A stretch of 58,773 nt of DNA from Anaerolineae bacterium (lineage in GTDB: Bacteria > Chloroflexota > Anaerolineae > B4-G1 > DUEL01), in contig JASFBC010000278.1 of the NCBI GenBank assembly GCA_036172315.1, positions 1 to 58,773 on the forward strand, in the 5' to 3' direction. A program made the position numbers and the translations under genes. The notes under the pieces were generated by a model. That model made no database searches. It was not told where the DNA came from and worked only from the letters and a program-made list of their open reading frames with translations. Position 1 is the first letter of the stretch; each line of letters opens with the position of its first letter. Below, piece after piece: positions 46,730-58,773 of the stretch.

Positions 46730-48361
46730 ATGTCCAAGTACATTTTCTGTACCGGTGGCGTGCTCTCCAGTGTGGGGAAAGGCGTGACGGCGGCCGCGAT
46801 CGGCCGCGTCCTCAAAGCCCGGGGACTGCGCGTCACTGTTCAGAAACTGGACCCTTACCTCAACGTGGACCCCGGCACGATGTCTCCCTACCAGCACGGG
46901 GAGGTCTTCGTCACCGATGACGGGGCGGAGACTGACCTGGACCTGGGCCACTACGAACGGTTCATTGACGAGAACCTCACCCGCGCCAGCAACGTCACCG
47001 CCGGGCAGGTCTACGCGGAGGTGATTGCCCGGGAGCGGCGCGGCGACTACCTGGGCGGCACCATCCAGGTCATCCCTCACATCACCGACGAGATCAAGCG
47101 GCGCATCCTGCTGGTGGGCCGCGTCTCCGAAGCGGACGTCGTGATTGTGGAGGTCGGGGGGACGGTGGGGGATATTGAAGGGCAGCCGTTCCTGGAGGCG
47201 CTGCGCCAGATGCGCCGGGACCTGGGGCGGGAGAACACCCTCTTTGTCCACGTTACCTTTCTGCCCTATATCGGCGCGACCGGAGAGTTAAAAACCAAGC
47301 CCACCCAGCACAGTGTGCGGGAACTCCGCTCCATGGGGATCCAACCGGATATGATTGTTGCCCGGGCCGACCATCCGGTAGACCGGGGGCTGGTGGAGAA
47401 AATTGCCCTCTTCTGCGACGTAGAGCCGCAGGCCGTGGTGCCTATGGTCACCACGCCGGTTCTCTACGAGGTCCCTCTGCTCCTGGAGGACGCCGGGGTG
47501 GGGGAGTTTATCGTCCGACGGTTGGGTCTGGATGCCGCCGCTCCGGACCTTTCCGACTGGCGCCATCTGGTGGAGGAGGTCCGCCGCCTCAAGCCGACCC
47601 TTCCGATCGCCATTGTCGGCAAGTATGTTCAGTTGCACGACGCTTACATCAGCGTTCGGGAGGCCCTGCGCCACGCCGGACTGGCCCTGGGCTACGACGT
47701 GGACATCCGCTGGGTCAACTCGGAGGACCTGGAAAAGGGGCGGGGTTGGGAACTGCTGGAGGATGTCGCCGGTGTCGTCGTCCCCGGAGGATTCGGCTAT
47801 CGGGGGATTGAGGGGAAGGTCCTGGCCGCGCGCTGGGCACGGGATCGGCGGGTCCCCTACCTGGGCCTCTGTCTGGGGATGCAGGTGATGGTCATTGAGG
47901 CCGCCCGGCGCGTGGTGGGGAACGATACCCCCAACAGCACCGAGTTTGATCCCCACACTCCCTATCCGGTGATTGACCTGCTGCCGGAACAGCGCGGGGT
48001 GGTGGACCTGGGCGGGACGATGCGGCTGGGGCTCTATCCCTGCCAGCTGATCCCCGGCACTCGGGCCGCCGCCGCATACGGTGTGGAGGAGGTGCAGGAG
48101 CGGCACCGCCATCGCTTTGAGGTCAACAATCGCTTCCGCGACCTGCTGGCGCGCGGGGGACTGGTGTTCAGCGGCCTCTCACCGGACGGCCAACTGATAG
48201 AGATTGCGGAGGTGGCAGACCACCCGTTCATGGTGGGAAGCCAGTTCCATCCAGAGTTTCGTTCCCGTCCCACCCGTCCCCATCCGCTTTTCCGCGCGTT
48301 TATCGCAGCGGCCGGACATTATCACGCCAGGGATGCCGGCATCACCCGGCCCAACGGGTAG
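46730..48361 (+). CDS. pyrG: CTP synthase
   Basis: TGGVLSSVGKG, KLDPYLNVDPGTMSPYQHGEV, KTKPTQHSV, GLCLGMQ, ERHRHRFE and QFHPEF. Confidence 0.97.
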   Translation: MSKYIFCTGGVLSSVGKGVTAAAIGRVLKARGLRVTVQKLDPYLNVDPGTMSPYQHGEVFVTDDGAETDLDLGHYERFIDENLTRASNVTAGQVYAEVIARERRGDYLGGTIQVIPHITDEIKRRILLVGRVSEADVVIVEVGGTVGDIEGQPFLEALRQMRRDLGRENTLFVHVTFLPYIGATGELKTKPTQHSVRELRSMGIQPDMIVARADHPVDRGLVEKIALFCDVEPQAVVPMVTTPVLYEVPLLLEDAGVGEFIVRRLGLDAAAPDLSDWRHLVEEVRRLKPTLPIAIVGKYVQLHDAYISVREALRHAGLALGYDVDIRWVNSEDLEKGRGWELLEDVAGVVVPGGFGYRGIEGKVLAARWARDRRVPYLGLCLGMQVMVIEAARRVVGNDTPNSTEFDPHTPYPVIDLLPEQRGVVDLGGTMRLGLYPCQLIPGTRAAAAYGVEEVQERHRHRFEVNNRFRDLLARGGLVFSGLSPDGQLIEIAEVADHPFMVGSQFHPEFRSRPTRPHPLFRAFIAAAGHYHARDAGITRPNG

Positions 48362-48559
48362 TTGGGCGTTTGTCTTGCAGCACTGAGATGGGGCCTCCCC
48401 TCTCCTGCCGCTGGAGGTGGCGGGGGAGAGAGGAGGACGACTGCAGAGGGAATGGCTGGATGAACTGCTGACAGTGCCTGCTAACCCGCGCTGGCAGCCG
48501 ACCGCTGGGTCGGGGCCCAGCGCGGGGGAAATCCCAACTTTTCCCTGAAGGAAAGGACC

Positions 48560-49372
48560 ATGCCAGAAATCACCGTCGCGACTGTCCAGATGCAGCCCGT
48601 TCTCGGCCAGATGGAAGAGAATCTGGCCAAAATGGGCGAATTCATCCGCCGCATCGCTACCGAACAGCCGGTGGACCTTATCGTCTTCCCGGAACTGGCG
48701 ACGACCGGCTACGAAGTCGGGCCGCGCTTCCCCCAGATGGCTCAGCGGGTGCCCGGCCCGGCGGTCAACCTGATCGGCCAGCGCGCCGCCGACTACGGCG
48801 TCTACGTCGCCTTCGGGATGGTGACCAAGGAGCGGGTGGAGAGCATCCTCTATAACTCCGCCGTGCTCATCGGGCCGGACGGCGAGGTGGTCGGCCAGTA
48901 CAACAAAATCCACCTGCGGGGCGAGGAGCGGATGGCCTTCCGCCCCGGCTACCGCCTGATGCCCTTTGAGACCGAGTTCGGCGTGGTCGGGTTGATGGTC
49001 GGGTGGGACCTGGCCTTCCCGGAGGTGGCCCGCAGCCTGGTCCTGGATGGGGCGGAGTTGCTGGTTGTACTGGCGAACTGGGAAATGCCCCGCCAGGATG
49101 AGTGGCATACGTATCTGAAGGCGCGCGCCTGCGAAAACGCCGTTTTCGTGGCGGCGGCGAATCGGGTCGGGGAGGAACCCTCCTACACCTTCTTCGGCCA
49201 GAGCGCCATCATCGGTCCCACCGGTCACGTCCATGGGGTGGTGGACGAGCCGGTGGAGGGATATGCGGTGGCCCGGCTGGACCTGAACGAGGTCCGACGA
49301 CAGCGGGAAGAGACCCAGATTCTCCAGTGCCGCCAGCCGATGGCATACCGGGCCATTGTGCGCAAGTACTAA
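48560..49372 (+). CDS. Carbon-nitrogen hydrolase (nitrilase superfamily) homologue lacking the catalytic Cys
   Basis: VFPEL, YNKIHL, ARACEN and AANRVG are present; the nucleophile motif reads GLMVGWDLAFPE. Confidence 0.85.
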   Translation: MPEITVATVQMQPVLGQMEENLAKMGEFIRRIATEQPVDLIVFPELATTGYEVGPRFPQMAQRVPGPAVNLIGQRAADYGVYVAFGMVTKERVESILYNSAVLIGPDGEVVGQYNKIHLRGEERMAFRPGYRLMPFETEFGVVGLMVGWDLAFPEVARSLVLDGAELLVVLANWEMPRQDEWHTYLKARACENAVFVAAANRVGEEPSYTFFGQSAIIGPTGHVHGVVDEPVEGYAVARLDLNEVRRQREETQILQCRQPMAYRAIVRKY

Positions 49373-49421
49373 TCAGTAGCACAAGATGCGTCTTGCGCTA
49401 CGCAATGCGCAACGCGTACCA

Positions 49422-50294
49422 ATGAGTTACCGCTGGCTGATTGTTTTAACCCTGGTGGGCCTGCTGACCGGATGCTCCTCTTCCACCCCCGCCCCGGCGG
49501 AAACGGCCGTCCCCGTCCAGACCATCGTCAATATCGGCTCCGACACGCTGGTCAACCTGGCGCTGGCCTGGGCGGAAGCCTACATGCAGGAGCACCCGGA
49601 GGTGCGCATTTCCGTCACCGGTGGAGGGTCGGGGACGGGCATCGCCGCGCTCATCAACGGCACCGCCCACATCGCCAACGCATCCCGGGCTATGAAGCCG
49701 GAGGAGGTGGAAGCGGCGCGGGCCAACGGCATCAACCCGGTGGAGTTCACCGTCGCACTGGACGCCATTGCCGTTGTCGTCCATCCCTCCAATCCGGTGG
49801 ACCACCTCACCCTGCAGCAGATTTCGGATATTTATACCGGGAAAATCACCAACTGGAAAGAGGTCGGTGGCGAAGATCGGCCCATCGTCCTTCTCTCCCG
49901 GGAATCCAACTCTGGCACCTACGTCTATTTTCTGGAGCATGTCGTCCGGCTGGGGGACCCCAAGAGCGACCTGTTGTTCTCCCCGGATACGCTGTTGATG
50001 CCCTCGTCGGAGGGGATCAGCGCGGAGGTGCGCCAGAACCCCAACGCCATCGGCTACGACGGCCTGGGGTACGTGACACCGGATCAGAAAGTGATCGCGG
50101 TGGGGCGGGATCCCGGCGGCCCCTTTGTCCTGCCGTCTGTAGAGACGGTCAATGACGGCACCTATCCGGTTTCCCGCCCGCTGTATATGTACACGGCGGG
50201 CGAACCGACCGGGGCGGTCAAAGCGTACCTGGACTGGATTCTGACGAAGGGTCAGGCGATCGTGCCGACCCTGGGGTTCGTGCCACTGAAGTAG
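49422..50294 (+). CDS. pstS: Phosphate ABC transporter substrate-binding lipoprotein
   Basis: Lipobox LTGC, GSDT, GGGSGTGIAALINGT, ANASR, SRESNSGTY and YPVSRPLYMY. Confidence 0.9.
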   Translation: MSYRWLIVLTLVGLLTGCSSSTPAPAETAVPVQTIVNIGSDTLVNLALAWAEAYMQEHPEVRISVTGGGSGTGIAALINGTAHIANASRAMKPEEVEAARANGINPVEFTVALDAIAVVVHPSNPVDHLTLQQISDIYTGKITNWKEVGGEDRPIVLLSRESNSGTYVYFLEHVVRLGDPKSDLLFSPDTLLMPSSEGISAEVRQNPNAIGYDGLGYVTPDQKVIAVGRDPGGPFVLPSVETVNDGTYPVSRPLYMYTAGEPTGAVKAYLDWILTKGQAIVPTLGFVPLK

Positions 50295-50305
50295 CAGGAG
50301 GGACT

Positions 50306-52536
<2,231 letters not shown>

Positions 52537-52579
52537 CGATTGGGGGGAACGGGCCAGGCGCTTTCGGGCGCTTGGCCCG

Positions 52580-54034
52580 TTACTTTACTATGGTTAGTAG
52601 CCCCAGCAGGAATCCCACCAGCAGGTGGACGTTGTTGACGTAGAGGTTGTCAAAAAGATGATGCACGGTCAGATGGGTCCAGGCCCCCAGTAACCCTACG
52701 GCCACGCCCCGGGCCAGGCCGGTGGCGCGGCGGGTCGCCCGCCATGTCTGCCAGAAGACCCATCCCCAGAGGAACAGGTAGACCCCAAGGCCCAGCAAGC
52801 CCATCTCCGCGAGGGTGTTCAGGTAAATGTTGTGGGCATGCCCCAGCGCCAGAGGCCAATTGATGAGGGCAAATTTCGGGTAGGCCAGTTCGTATCCCCC
52901 TATTCCGACCCCGGTCCAGAAATGGGCGCGCCACATCTCCACCGCGCTCTGCCAGTGAGCCAGCCGTTCCATCACCGCGAAGTTAGCGCTGCTGATGCTC
53001 ACGCCTCGCACGTCCTGCAGGCGGAGACCGGCGGTGAATTCGGTCAGGCGGGCGACGATGCGCTCGGGAAGCCAGCCGGCCGTATATAAAGCCAGGAACA
53101 GGACAACCAACCCGGCGGCCAGCAGCCATCCCCAATGGGCTTTTCGGGGGAGGGCCAGGGCCATCGCCCCCAATGCGGCCGCGAAGCCGATCCAGGCCCC
53201 CCGGCTCCACGAGGCCACCAACGCGCCGCCCAACAATACGCTCCCGCCCAGCAGGACGGCCAGGCCCGCCCACTCTCTGGGGGCCAGGCACCTGGAGAAA
53301 TGCCTGGCCCATTCCGATACCCGAACCCCCAGCACTCCCACCATCAGCGCCAGTATTATCCCCACCGCCCCGGCGTAGGGGTTGGGTTGCTCAAAGGTGC
53401 CGTAGGCCCGGTAGAAGTCGGTGCCGGGGATGAGGAAAGGCTCCGGCCCCTCGCCCTGGAAGACGCACTGGTAGAGACCGACCCCGGCCTGGAAGATGCC
53501 GATCGCCAGGATGCCCGCCAGCAGAGCGGGGAGCGAGCGGTGAGGGGCCCGTTCGGCCACCAGCCAGAGGACCAGCCCAACTTCCGCCCACTTGACCAGT
53601 TCCGGCAGGCCGGAATCCAGGAAGAGGCCCCTGGAATTCCACAGGGAGAGGGTCGCCACCCCCAGGAAGGCCATCACGGGCAGGAAGAGGGGATAGGCCC
53701 GATGTTCCCGTCCGACCGGTAGGGTGAGGTGACGGTGGAGCAGGCCGCGCGCGAAGTGGGCTCCCAGAGCCAGGGCGATGAAGAGATGGCCCACATAGGC
53801 CGGCACTTGCGGCACTCTGGCCAGGAGATAGGCGTATAAGAGGCCCAGGAAGATGCCCGCCACCACCCCCGCCAGCGGCTCGGCGACCGTCCCCGCTACC
53901 AGCGCGGCCAGGCCGACCAGGGCCACAGCCATCGGAAGGGGGAGCCGCGCCAGGAGCCAGCCGGCCGCAAGGGCCAACAGCAGTCCTGTGCCTTCCGCAA
54001 GCAGATTTTTCGGCCAGGCTACGTCTTCGCTCAA
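52580..54034 (-). CDS. O-antigen ligase/Wzy-like membrane protein
   Basis: Many TMs; RAYGTFEQPNPYAG, SWSRGAW, TGVGIG and HAHNIYL..LAEMG. The start is uncertain (TTG 54034 or ATG 54073). Confidence 0.82.
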   Translation of the reverse strand: MSEDVAWPKNLLAEGTGLLLALAAGWLLARLPLPMAVALVGLAALVAGTVAEPLAGVVAGIFLGLLYAYLLARVPQVPAYVGHLFIALALGAHFARGLLHRHLTLPVGREHRAYPLFLPVMAFLGVATLSLWNSRGLFLDSGLPELVKWAEVGLVLWLVAERAPHRSLPALLAGILAIGIFQAGVGLYQCVFQGEGPEPFLIPGTDFYRAYGTFEQPNPYAGAVGIILALMVGVLGVRVSEWARHFSRCLAPREWAGLAVLLGGSVLLGGALVASWSRGAWIGFAAALGAMALALPRKAHWGWLLAAGLVVLFLALYTAGWLPERIVARLTEFTAGLRLQDVRGVSISSANFAVMERLAHWQSAVEMWRAHFWTGVGIGGYELAYPKFALINWPLALGHAHNIYLNTLAEMGLLGLGVYLFLWGWVFWQTWRATRRATGLARGVAVGLLGAWTHLTVHHLFDNLYVNNVHLLVGFLLGLLTIVK

Positions 54035-54036
54035 CC

Positions 54037-54417
54037 TCAGGGCCTCTCCAGAATCTGCCGCCACAGGAACCATCCGCCCTTCCGTTCCCCCGGCCCCCTG
54101 GGTGCGCGGTCGTAGTAGAGGTCAAAGACCTCCCCCTCCGCCGTGCGGACGCGGTAGTAATCCCGCCCCACGCCCCAGGTGCCGCGTCGTTCGGCGGCCT
54201 TCGCCCGGTACGAGCCCCGCTCCTTTACGTAGAAGGCCAGGCTCTTGCCGCGCAGGTGATAATCGTGCCATTCCCGCAGGACCGCCACCACGCGGTACCT
54301 CCGCCCCTCCCAGACGAATCCGTCCGGTGGGCCGGGCCGCTTCTCCAGCGCAGGCGGCCGGTCGTGGATGATCTCTACAGGGACACCGATAAAACGGGCC
54401 GGAAGGTCGGAATCCAT
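54037..54417 (-). CDS. DUF6504-like small protein
   Basis: PDGFVWEGRRYRV, WGVGRDYYRVRT..G.VFDLYYDR and GGWFL. Confidence 0.7.
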   Translation of the reverse strand: MDSDLPARFIGVPVEIIHDRPPALEKRPGPPDGFVWEGRRYRVVAVLREWHDYHLRGKSLAFYVKERGSYRAKAAERRGTWGVGRDYYRVRTAEGEVFDLYYDRAPRGPGERKGGWFLWRQILERP

Positions 54418-54449
54418 GCTCTCCCTCTGCGGGCAACGGCAGGAGTTGC

Positions 54450-55238
54450 CTACACCCCCCGGTACAGTCCCCCGTCCACCAGCAGGCTGATGCCGGTGAT
54501 GTAGGACGCGGCGGGGGAGGCCAGAAAGGCCACCGCGCGGGCGACTTCCTCCGGGGTTGCCATCCGGCCCAGGGGGATGGCGGCGGTGATTTTCGCCTCT
54601 TCCGTTTCCACCGTCGTGCCGTTGCGGGCCGCCCGGTCCTCCAGCAACTGCACCACCCGCTCCGTCCGGGTCCAGCCCGGACAGACGGCGTTGACCCGGA
54701 TGCCGTCCGGCGCCAATTCGTCGGAGAGGGTTTTGACCAGTCCCACAACGGCCATGCGCAGGCTGTTGGAGAGGATCAGGTTGGGCAACGGTTGCTTCAC
54801 GCTGACGGAGGTCATCGCGACGATGGCGCCGCTTTTCTGGGCCCGCATCGTGGGGACGACGGCGTAGCAGAGGCGGACGACGCTCATCAGGGTCAGTTGG
54901 ACGGCGGCCTCCCAGTCGGCGGGGGTCAGTTCCAGGAAGCGGCCCGGCGGGGGGCCTCCGGCGTTGGTCACCAGGATGTCTATCCGGCCGAAGTGAGCGC
55001 GGGCGGCCTCCACCACCCGCTCCGCCCCCTGCGGGTCGGCGACATCGGCGGTGAGGGCGACGATTTCGGCGCCGGTGGCCTGACGGATGGCCTGGGCGGC
55101 GGCCTTCAGCGGCCCCTCCTGGCGGGCGCAGATGACCACCCGCGCGCCCTCCCGGGCCAGTTCGGTCGCCACCGCCCGGCCCAGCCCCCGGCTGGCAGCG
55201 GTCACCACAGCGACTTTGTCCTGCAGTTCCAGGTCCAT
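54450..55238 (-). CDS. Short-chain dehydrogenase/reductase
   Basis: VTAASRGLG, LVTNAGGPP, GIRVNAVCPG and YITGISLLVDGG. Confidence 0.9.
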   Translation of the reverse strand: MDLELQDKVAVVTAASRGLGRAVATELAREGARVVICARQEGPLKAAAQAIRQATGAEIVALTADVADPQGAERVVEAARAHFGRIDILVTNAGGPPPGRFLELTPADWEAAVQLTLMSVVRLCYAVVPTMRAQKSGAIVAMTSVSVKQPLPNLILSNSLRMAVVGLVKTLSDELAPDGIRVNAVCPGWTRTERVVQLLEDRAARNGTTVETEEAKITAAIPLGRMATPEEVARAVAFLASPAASYITGISLLVDGGLYRGV

Positions 55239-55251
55239 ACTTCCACCTCCG

Positions 55252-55427
55252 GCAGGCCTGGCGGCCTGCGCTACTGCGGCCCGTAGCGCAGGCTGTTAGC
55301 CTGCATACAGGCCTGGCGGCCTGCGCTACTGCGGCCCGTAGCGCAGGCTGTTAGCCTGCAAAAGCAGGCCTGGCGGCCTGCGCTACTGCGGCCTGCGCTA
55401 CCTGCAGGCCTGGCGGCCTGCGCTACA
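55252..55427. repeat. GTAG-type REP-like cluster (same family as 33860-33954)
   Basis: Multiple GCAGGCCTGGCGGCCTGCGCTAC and GTAGCGCAGGCTGTTAGCCTGC units in inverted pairs. Confidence 0.85.
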
Positions 55428-55428
55428 T

Positions 55429-57258
55429 CTACGGGAGCCCCAACCCTGCCAGTTTCTCCGGCGTCGGGACCCCGTTCTCATCCCAGCCGCGCAGGCGGTA
55501 GTACTCCGGCAACATCCGGTCCAACTCCACCACATGCCCCTTCGCCGGCCCCTCCGGCATCGGCTCATAGAGCATACGGGGCGGGAGCGTGTCGTCGGCC
55601 CGGGAGAAGCCCGCCCGCACCAGGAACATCCGCTCCAGGTTGTAGACCCGCTCCCCGGCCTCCAGGAGCACCTCCTCATCGTACCCGGCGCCGGTGGCGT
55701 ACTCCATCAGCCGGGAAATGCGCACCGGCTCCACGTTGTACGTCGGCTCAAAAAGATAGCGGATGCTCAGGAAAACACACAGTCCCGCCGCATCTATGAC
55801 GGTGAAGATGTCCTCAAAGTACTTTACCAGACGAGGCTTATCTTCCCAGGAGAGGGGGTCTACCTTTTTGGGGACGCCAAAGACCTCCATATAGGCCGTA
55901 TCCCCGGCCATGTGGGAGGCGCCGATGTTGGAGGTGGCGTAGAGGAGGCCCATCCCTTTCGCCCCGCGCGGGTCGTAGGCGGGGAACTCCTGCTTCTTGG
56001 CACTCATGGAGAACTCCGGGTGGCCGTAGTGGGCAGCCAGACGGTAACTCCCCTGGGCAATGAGGTCGCCGAAGCCCTCCCGCCGGCCCGCCAGGCGGAC
56101 CATCTCCACCATTGCCTCCGCGTCACCGAAGCGCAGGGGACGGCCGATGTCTGATTCTGGAATGAGGCCCAGTTCGTACATCTCCATCGCGCAGGCAATG
56201 GTCACTCCGGTGGAGATAGTATCCAGGCCGAGTTCGTTGCAGATGTAGTTGGCCTTGGTGATGGCGGCCAGGTTATCCACGCCGCAGGCGCTGCCCAGAG
56301 AACCGATGGTCTCGTACTCCGGCCCCTCCCCCTCGCCGCCGAAGAGCGGGTCTTCCACCCGCGTCACCCGGCCGCAGGCGATAGGGCAGCCGTAGCAGGC
56401 CTTGGGACGGATCAGGTACTTCTGGCTGAGCGTGCGGCCGGAGATGGCCTCTGCTCCGGCGAAGACCCCCGTCCGGAAGTTGAAGGTGGGGAGGATGCCC
56501 ACTTCGTTGGTGACGGGGGGCACATAGGCGGTGCCGTAGGTCCGCAGGGTCGCCTTTCCCGCCGCCACCGCCCGCTTGACCTCCTCCACCACCTGGTCGG
56601 AGAGGGCCTTCAGTTCGTCGGGGTGGGCCAGGGGGATACGGCGGGTGCCCCGCACGACGACGGCCTTGAGGTTCTTGGAGCCCATGACCGCGCCCACGCC
56701 GGAGCGGGCGGCGGCGCGGTGTTTTTCGTTCAGGATGGCCGCGATGGGCGCCAGTTGCTCTCCCGCCGGACCGATACAGGCGATCCGGGCGCGCGGGTCC
56801 GTCTCCGTCCGCAGCATATCCTCCGTCTCAAAGACGGTCCGGCCCCAGAGGTGGTCGGCGGGACGGAGTTCTACCCGATCGTCCTTCACCCACAGGTAGA
56901 CGGGCCGCTCCGCCCTCCCCTCAAAGATGAACAGGTCAAAGCCGGTGCGCTTCATCTCGGTGGGGAAGAAGCCGCCGGAGTTGGAGCAGGAGAGCGCCCC
57001 GGTGAGGGGGGATTTCGTCACCACCATATACCGGTTTCCGGTGGGGACCGGGGTGGCGGTGAGGGGCCCCGTGGCGAAGACCAGTTTGTTCTCCGGCGAG
57101 AGAGGGTCCACCCGGGGGTCCATCTCGTCGTAGAGATAGCGGATGGCCCATCCTCGCCCGCCGATGAAGTCCCGCGCCGTGCGGGGGTCCACTTCTTCTA
57201 CGCTCGTCTTTCCGGTCGTCAGGTTGACTCTGAGGATTCTACCGTTCCAGCCGTACAT
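55429..57258 (-). CDS. aor: Aldehyde:ferredoxin oxidoreductase (typically tungsten-dependent)
   Basis: ILRVNLT, TKSPLTG, CIGPAGE, RSGVGAVMGSKNLKAV, CYGCPIAC, PEYET and GLDTIS. Confidence 0.92.
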   Translation of the reverse strand: MYGWNGRILRVNLTTGKTSVEEVDPRTARDFIGGRGWAIRYLYDEMDPRVDPLSPENKLVFATGPLTATPVPTGNRYMVVTKSPLTGALSCSNSGGFFPTEMKRTGFDLFIFEGRAERPVYLWVKDDRVELRPADHLWGRTVFETEDMLRTETDPRARIACIGPAGEQLAPIAAILNEKHRAAARSGVGAVMGSKNLKAVVVRGTRRIPLAHPDELKALSDQVVEEVKRAVAAGKATLRTYGTAYVPPVTNEVGILPTFNFRTGVFAGAEAISGRTLSQKYLIRPKACYGCPIACGRVTRVEDPLFGGEGEGPEYETIGSLGSACGVDNLAAITKANYICNELGLDTISTGVTIACAMEMYELGLIPESDIGRPLRFGDAEAMVEMVRLAGRREGFGDLIAQGSYRLAAHYGHPEFSMSAKKQEFPAYDPRGAKGMGLLYATSNIGASHMAGDTAYMEVFGVPKKVDPLSWEDKPRLVKYFEDIFTVIDAAGLCVFLSIRYLFEPTYNVEPVRISRLMEYATGAGYDEEVLLEAGERVYNLERMFLVRAGFSRADDTLPPRMLYEPMPEGPAKGHVVELDRMLPEYYRLRGWDENGVPTPEKLAGLGLP

Positions 57259-57288
57259 TGTGCCTCCATGGGATTAGGGGGTTAGCGG

Positions 57289-57525
57289 TTAGCCACCGCC
57301 GATGGCCGGGAAAAGGCAGAGGACGTCCCCTTCCCGGAGCATCTGGCCCGGCCGGGGGGTGCGCCCGTTCACCAGGACGACGCTCTCCTCTGGCGGCACG
57401 GGCAGTTGGGCCAGGACGTCCTCCACCCGGGCGTCCGGGGGAACCTCCGTTTCGTAGGATGAAGAGGAGCAATCCGGAGGCAGGTACTGCTGATAATGGG
57501 CCAGAAGTTTGATGCAGATTTTCAT
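57289..57525 (-). CDS. MoaD/ThiS-family sulfur carrier
   Basis: 78 aa ubiquitin-like protein; VLVNG, LREGD and C-terminal FPAIGGG. Confidence 0.85.
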   Translation of the reverse strand: MKICIKLLAHYQQYLPPDCSSSSYETEVPPDARVEDVLAQLPVPPEESVVLVNGRTPRPGQMLREGDVLCLFPAIGGG

Positions 57526-57842
57526 CGCCCTCCTTCAGGAAGAACGCGAGGACACGAAGGGCCCGGAACGGGCCACCGGGGGCCGCCGGACGGCCTCCTG
57601 CAAATGTGCAGCATGCGGCCGGCTTCAGGCCAGGTCGGGGATGTTTTTATCCAAACTCCGGAAACAACAATAAACATTCATGACCGGTTCATAAGGATAT
57701 ATGGTTATTATAAAGAAAAATTGGTTTCTTTATCCCTTTAGTCCCATATCCCAACCTAATACTTCCTCAGCTCCATTTAAATCTACGGGATTCAATAAAG
57801 ACTTAATTTCTTCGAGAAGTTTTTTTCTGTGTGTCTAAAACC

Positions 57843-58773
57843 CTAGCCACCTGACACTTTGATAAAAGGGGGTTGATCGAATCGCCAACTCCGGTAGAAT
57901 TGGTCCACCATATTGTATCATACCTGGCTTCAGTGGATCAGGCAACTGCGTCCAGATGAGCGAATCACGCGGCTGCGCAATTTTGCCTGGCTGGTGACGG
58001 GCATTTACCCAAGATAGCGGCGAAAATCCCAGGCTCAAGTTGGTAAGTCTCACGCGGCGCTTGAGCCGTTTTCTGGTCAATCCAGCCATTCGGGTGCCCG
58101 TTGCCAGACGTTTGCTCCCCTGTGTTGCGCAAAGTGGCGGCGAGATTCCTCTCATCGCCGATGGGACCGGGGTTTTGCTGATGGGAGCGATCCCGTTTCG
58201 CCGCAGGGGGATTCCCATTGCCTGGAGCTGGGTCAAGGATGTCAAAGGGCATAGCTCCGCCATCAAACAATGGGCCCTCCTGGCCTCCGTGCACCATCTG
58301 TGCAGGCGTCCCGGTTTTGCTTGTCGGCGAGAGCGAATTTGGCCCTATGGACCAATGGCGCTGGAAGTAGGTTTTGCGCCAGAAGGCCAATCCTCTGGTC
58401 CAAGTGGCTGGCAACACTTCGGCGACTGGATCCAGAAGCCAGGGCAGAGCCTGTGGTTCGGGCGTGGCTTGTTGACCGGCAAGTTCGCCTACTCTCATTG
58501 GGCGAGGGGAGAAGATGAACCCTGGCTGTGGGCCACTAACCTGCTCTCTCAAAGGGATGCCTTGTGCGCCTACCGGCGCAGGATGTGGATCGAGGGGATG
58601 TTCGGAGACTTTGACCTGGAAAGCACCCATCCGATCCCCTTTGACCGCTTGTCCCGCCTGACTCCAGCGGTGGCTTTCCCGGATACCCGGCTCGTTACGG
58701 TTGGCTCTCACTCCAGAATGGCGACAGACCCATGGTTGATCGCAAGGGCCGTAGAGATCGGTTGGCGCATCCT
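57843..58773 (+). pseudogene. Decayed IS4-family DDE transposase
   Basis: Fragments in shifting frames: ERITRLRNFAWLVTGIY, SLTRRLSRFL.NP, IPIAWSWV..KGHSS, EPWLWATNL and AYRRRMWIEGMFGD (YREK-like). Lower GC than the core; possible left end CTAGCCACCTGACA. Confidence 0.75.

Noticed and set aside
57835-58711. Minus-strand ORFs 57835..58266 and 57965..58711
   Set aside because: They are antisense to the frameshifted IS4-like transposase on the plus strand.

Overview
High-GC bacterial chromosome segment whose gene content and style suggest a thermophilic anaerobic Chloroflexota (Anaerolineae-like) organism; this taxonomy is inferred. It holds about 45 CDS. Housekeeping genes: dgt, moaA, argF, metG, pyrG and tRNA-Pro(CGG). 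Transport: a Dpp/Opp-type peptide ABC system without ATPases, PhnCDE with a fused double PhnE, and an orphan PstS. Other loci: a class III aminotransferase / FGGY kinase / form IV RuBisCO-like protein (RLP) operon, a cooS-cooF-(cyclase)-fdhF-FeS-FeS cluster that suggests CO-to-formate electron coupling, an aldehyde:ferredoxin oxidoreductase with MoaD, several envelope proteins, REP-like repeats and a decayed IS4-like transposase. The most unusual signals are four. (1) Just upstream of metG, a toxin-antitoxin integron cassette has both attC core (R') sites interrupted at the same GTTA|G position by 136-149 nt miniature group II intron derivatives. (2) Three unrelated genes have ATA in the start-codon position behind strong Shine-Dalgarno sites. 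(3) The RLP/FGGY/aminotransferase operon has no obvious known pathway. (4) The CODH-FDH cluster lacks a hydrogenase, ACS or maturase in the window. All calls come from reading the sequence by eye; no searches were run.
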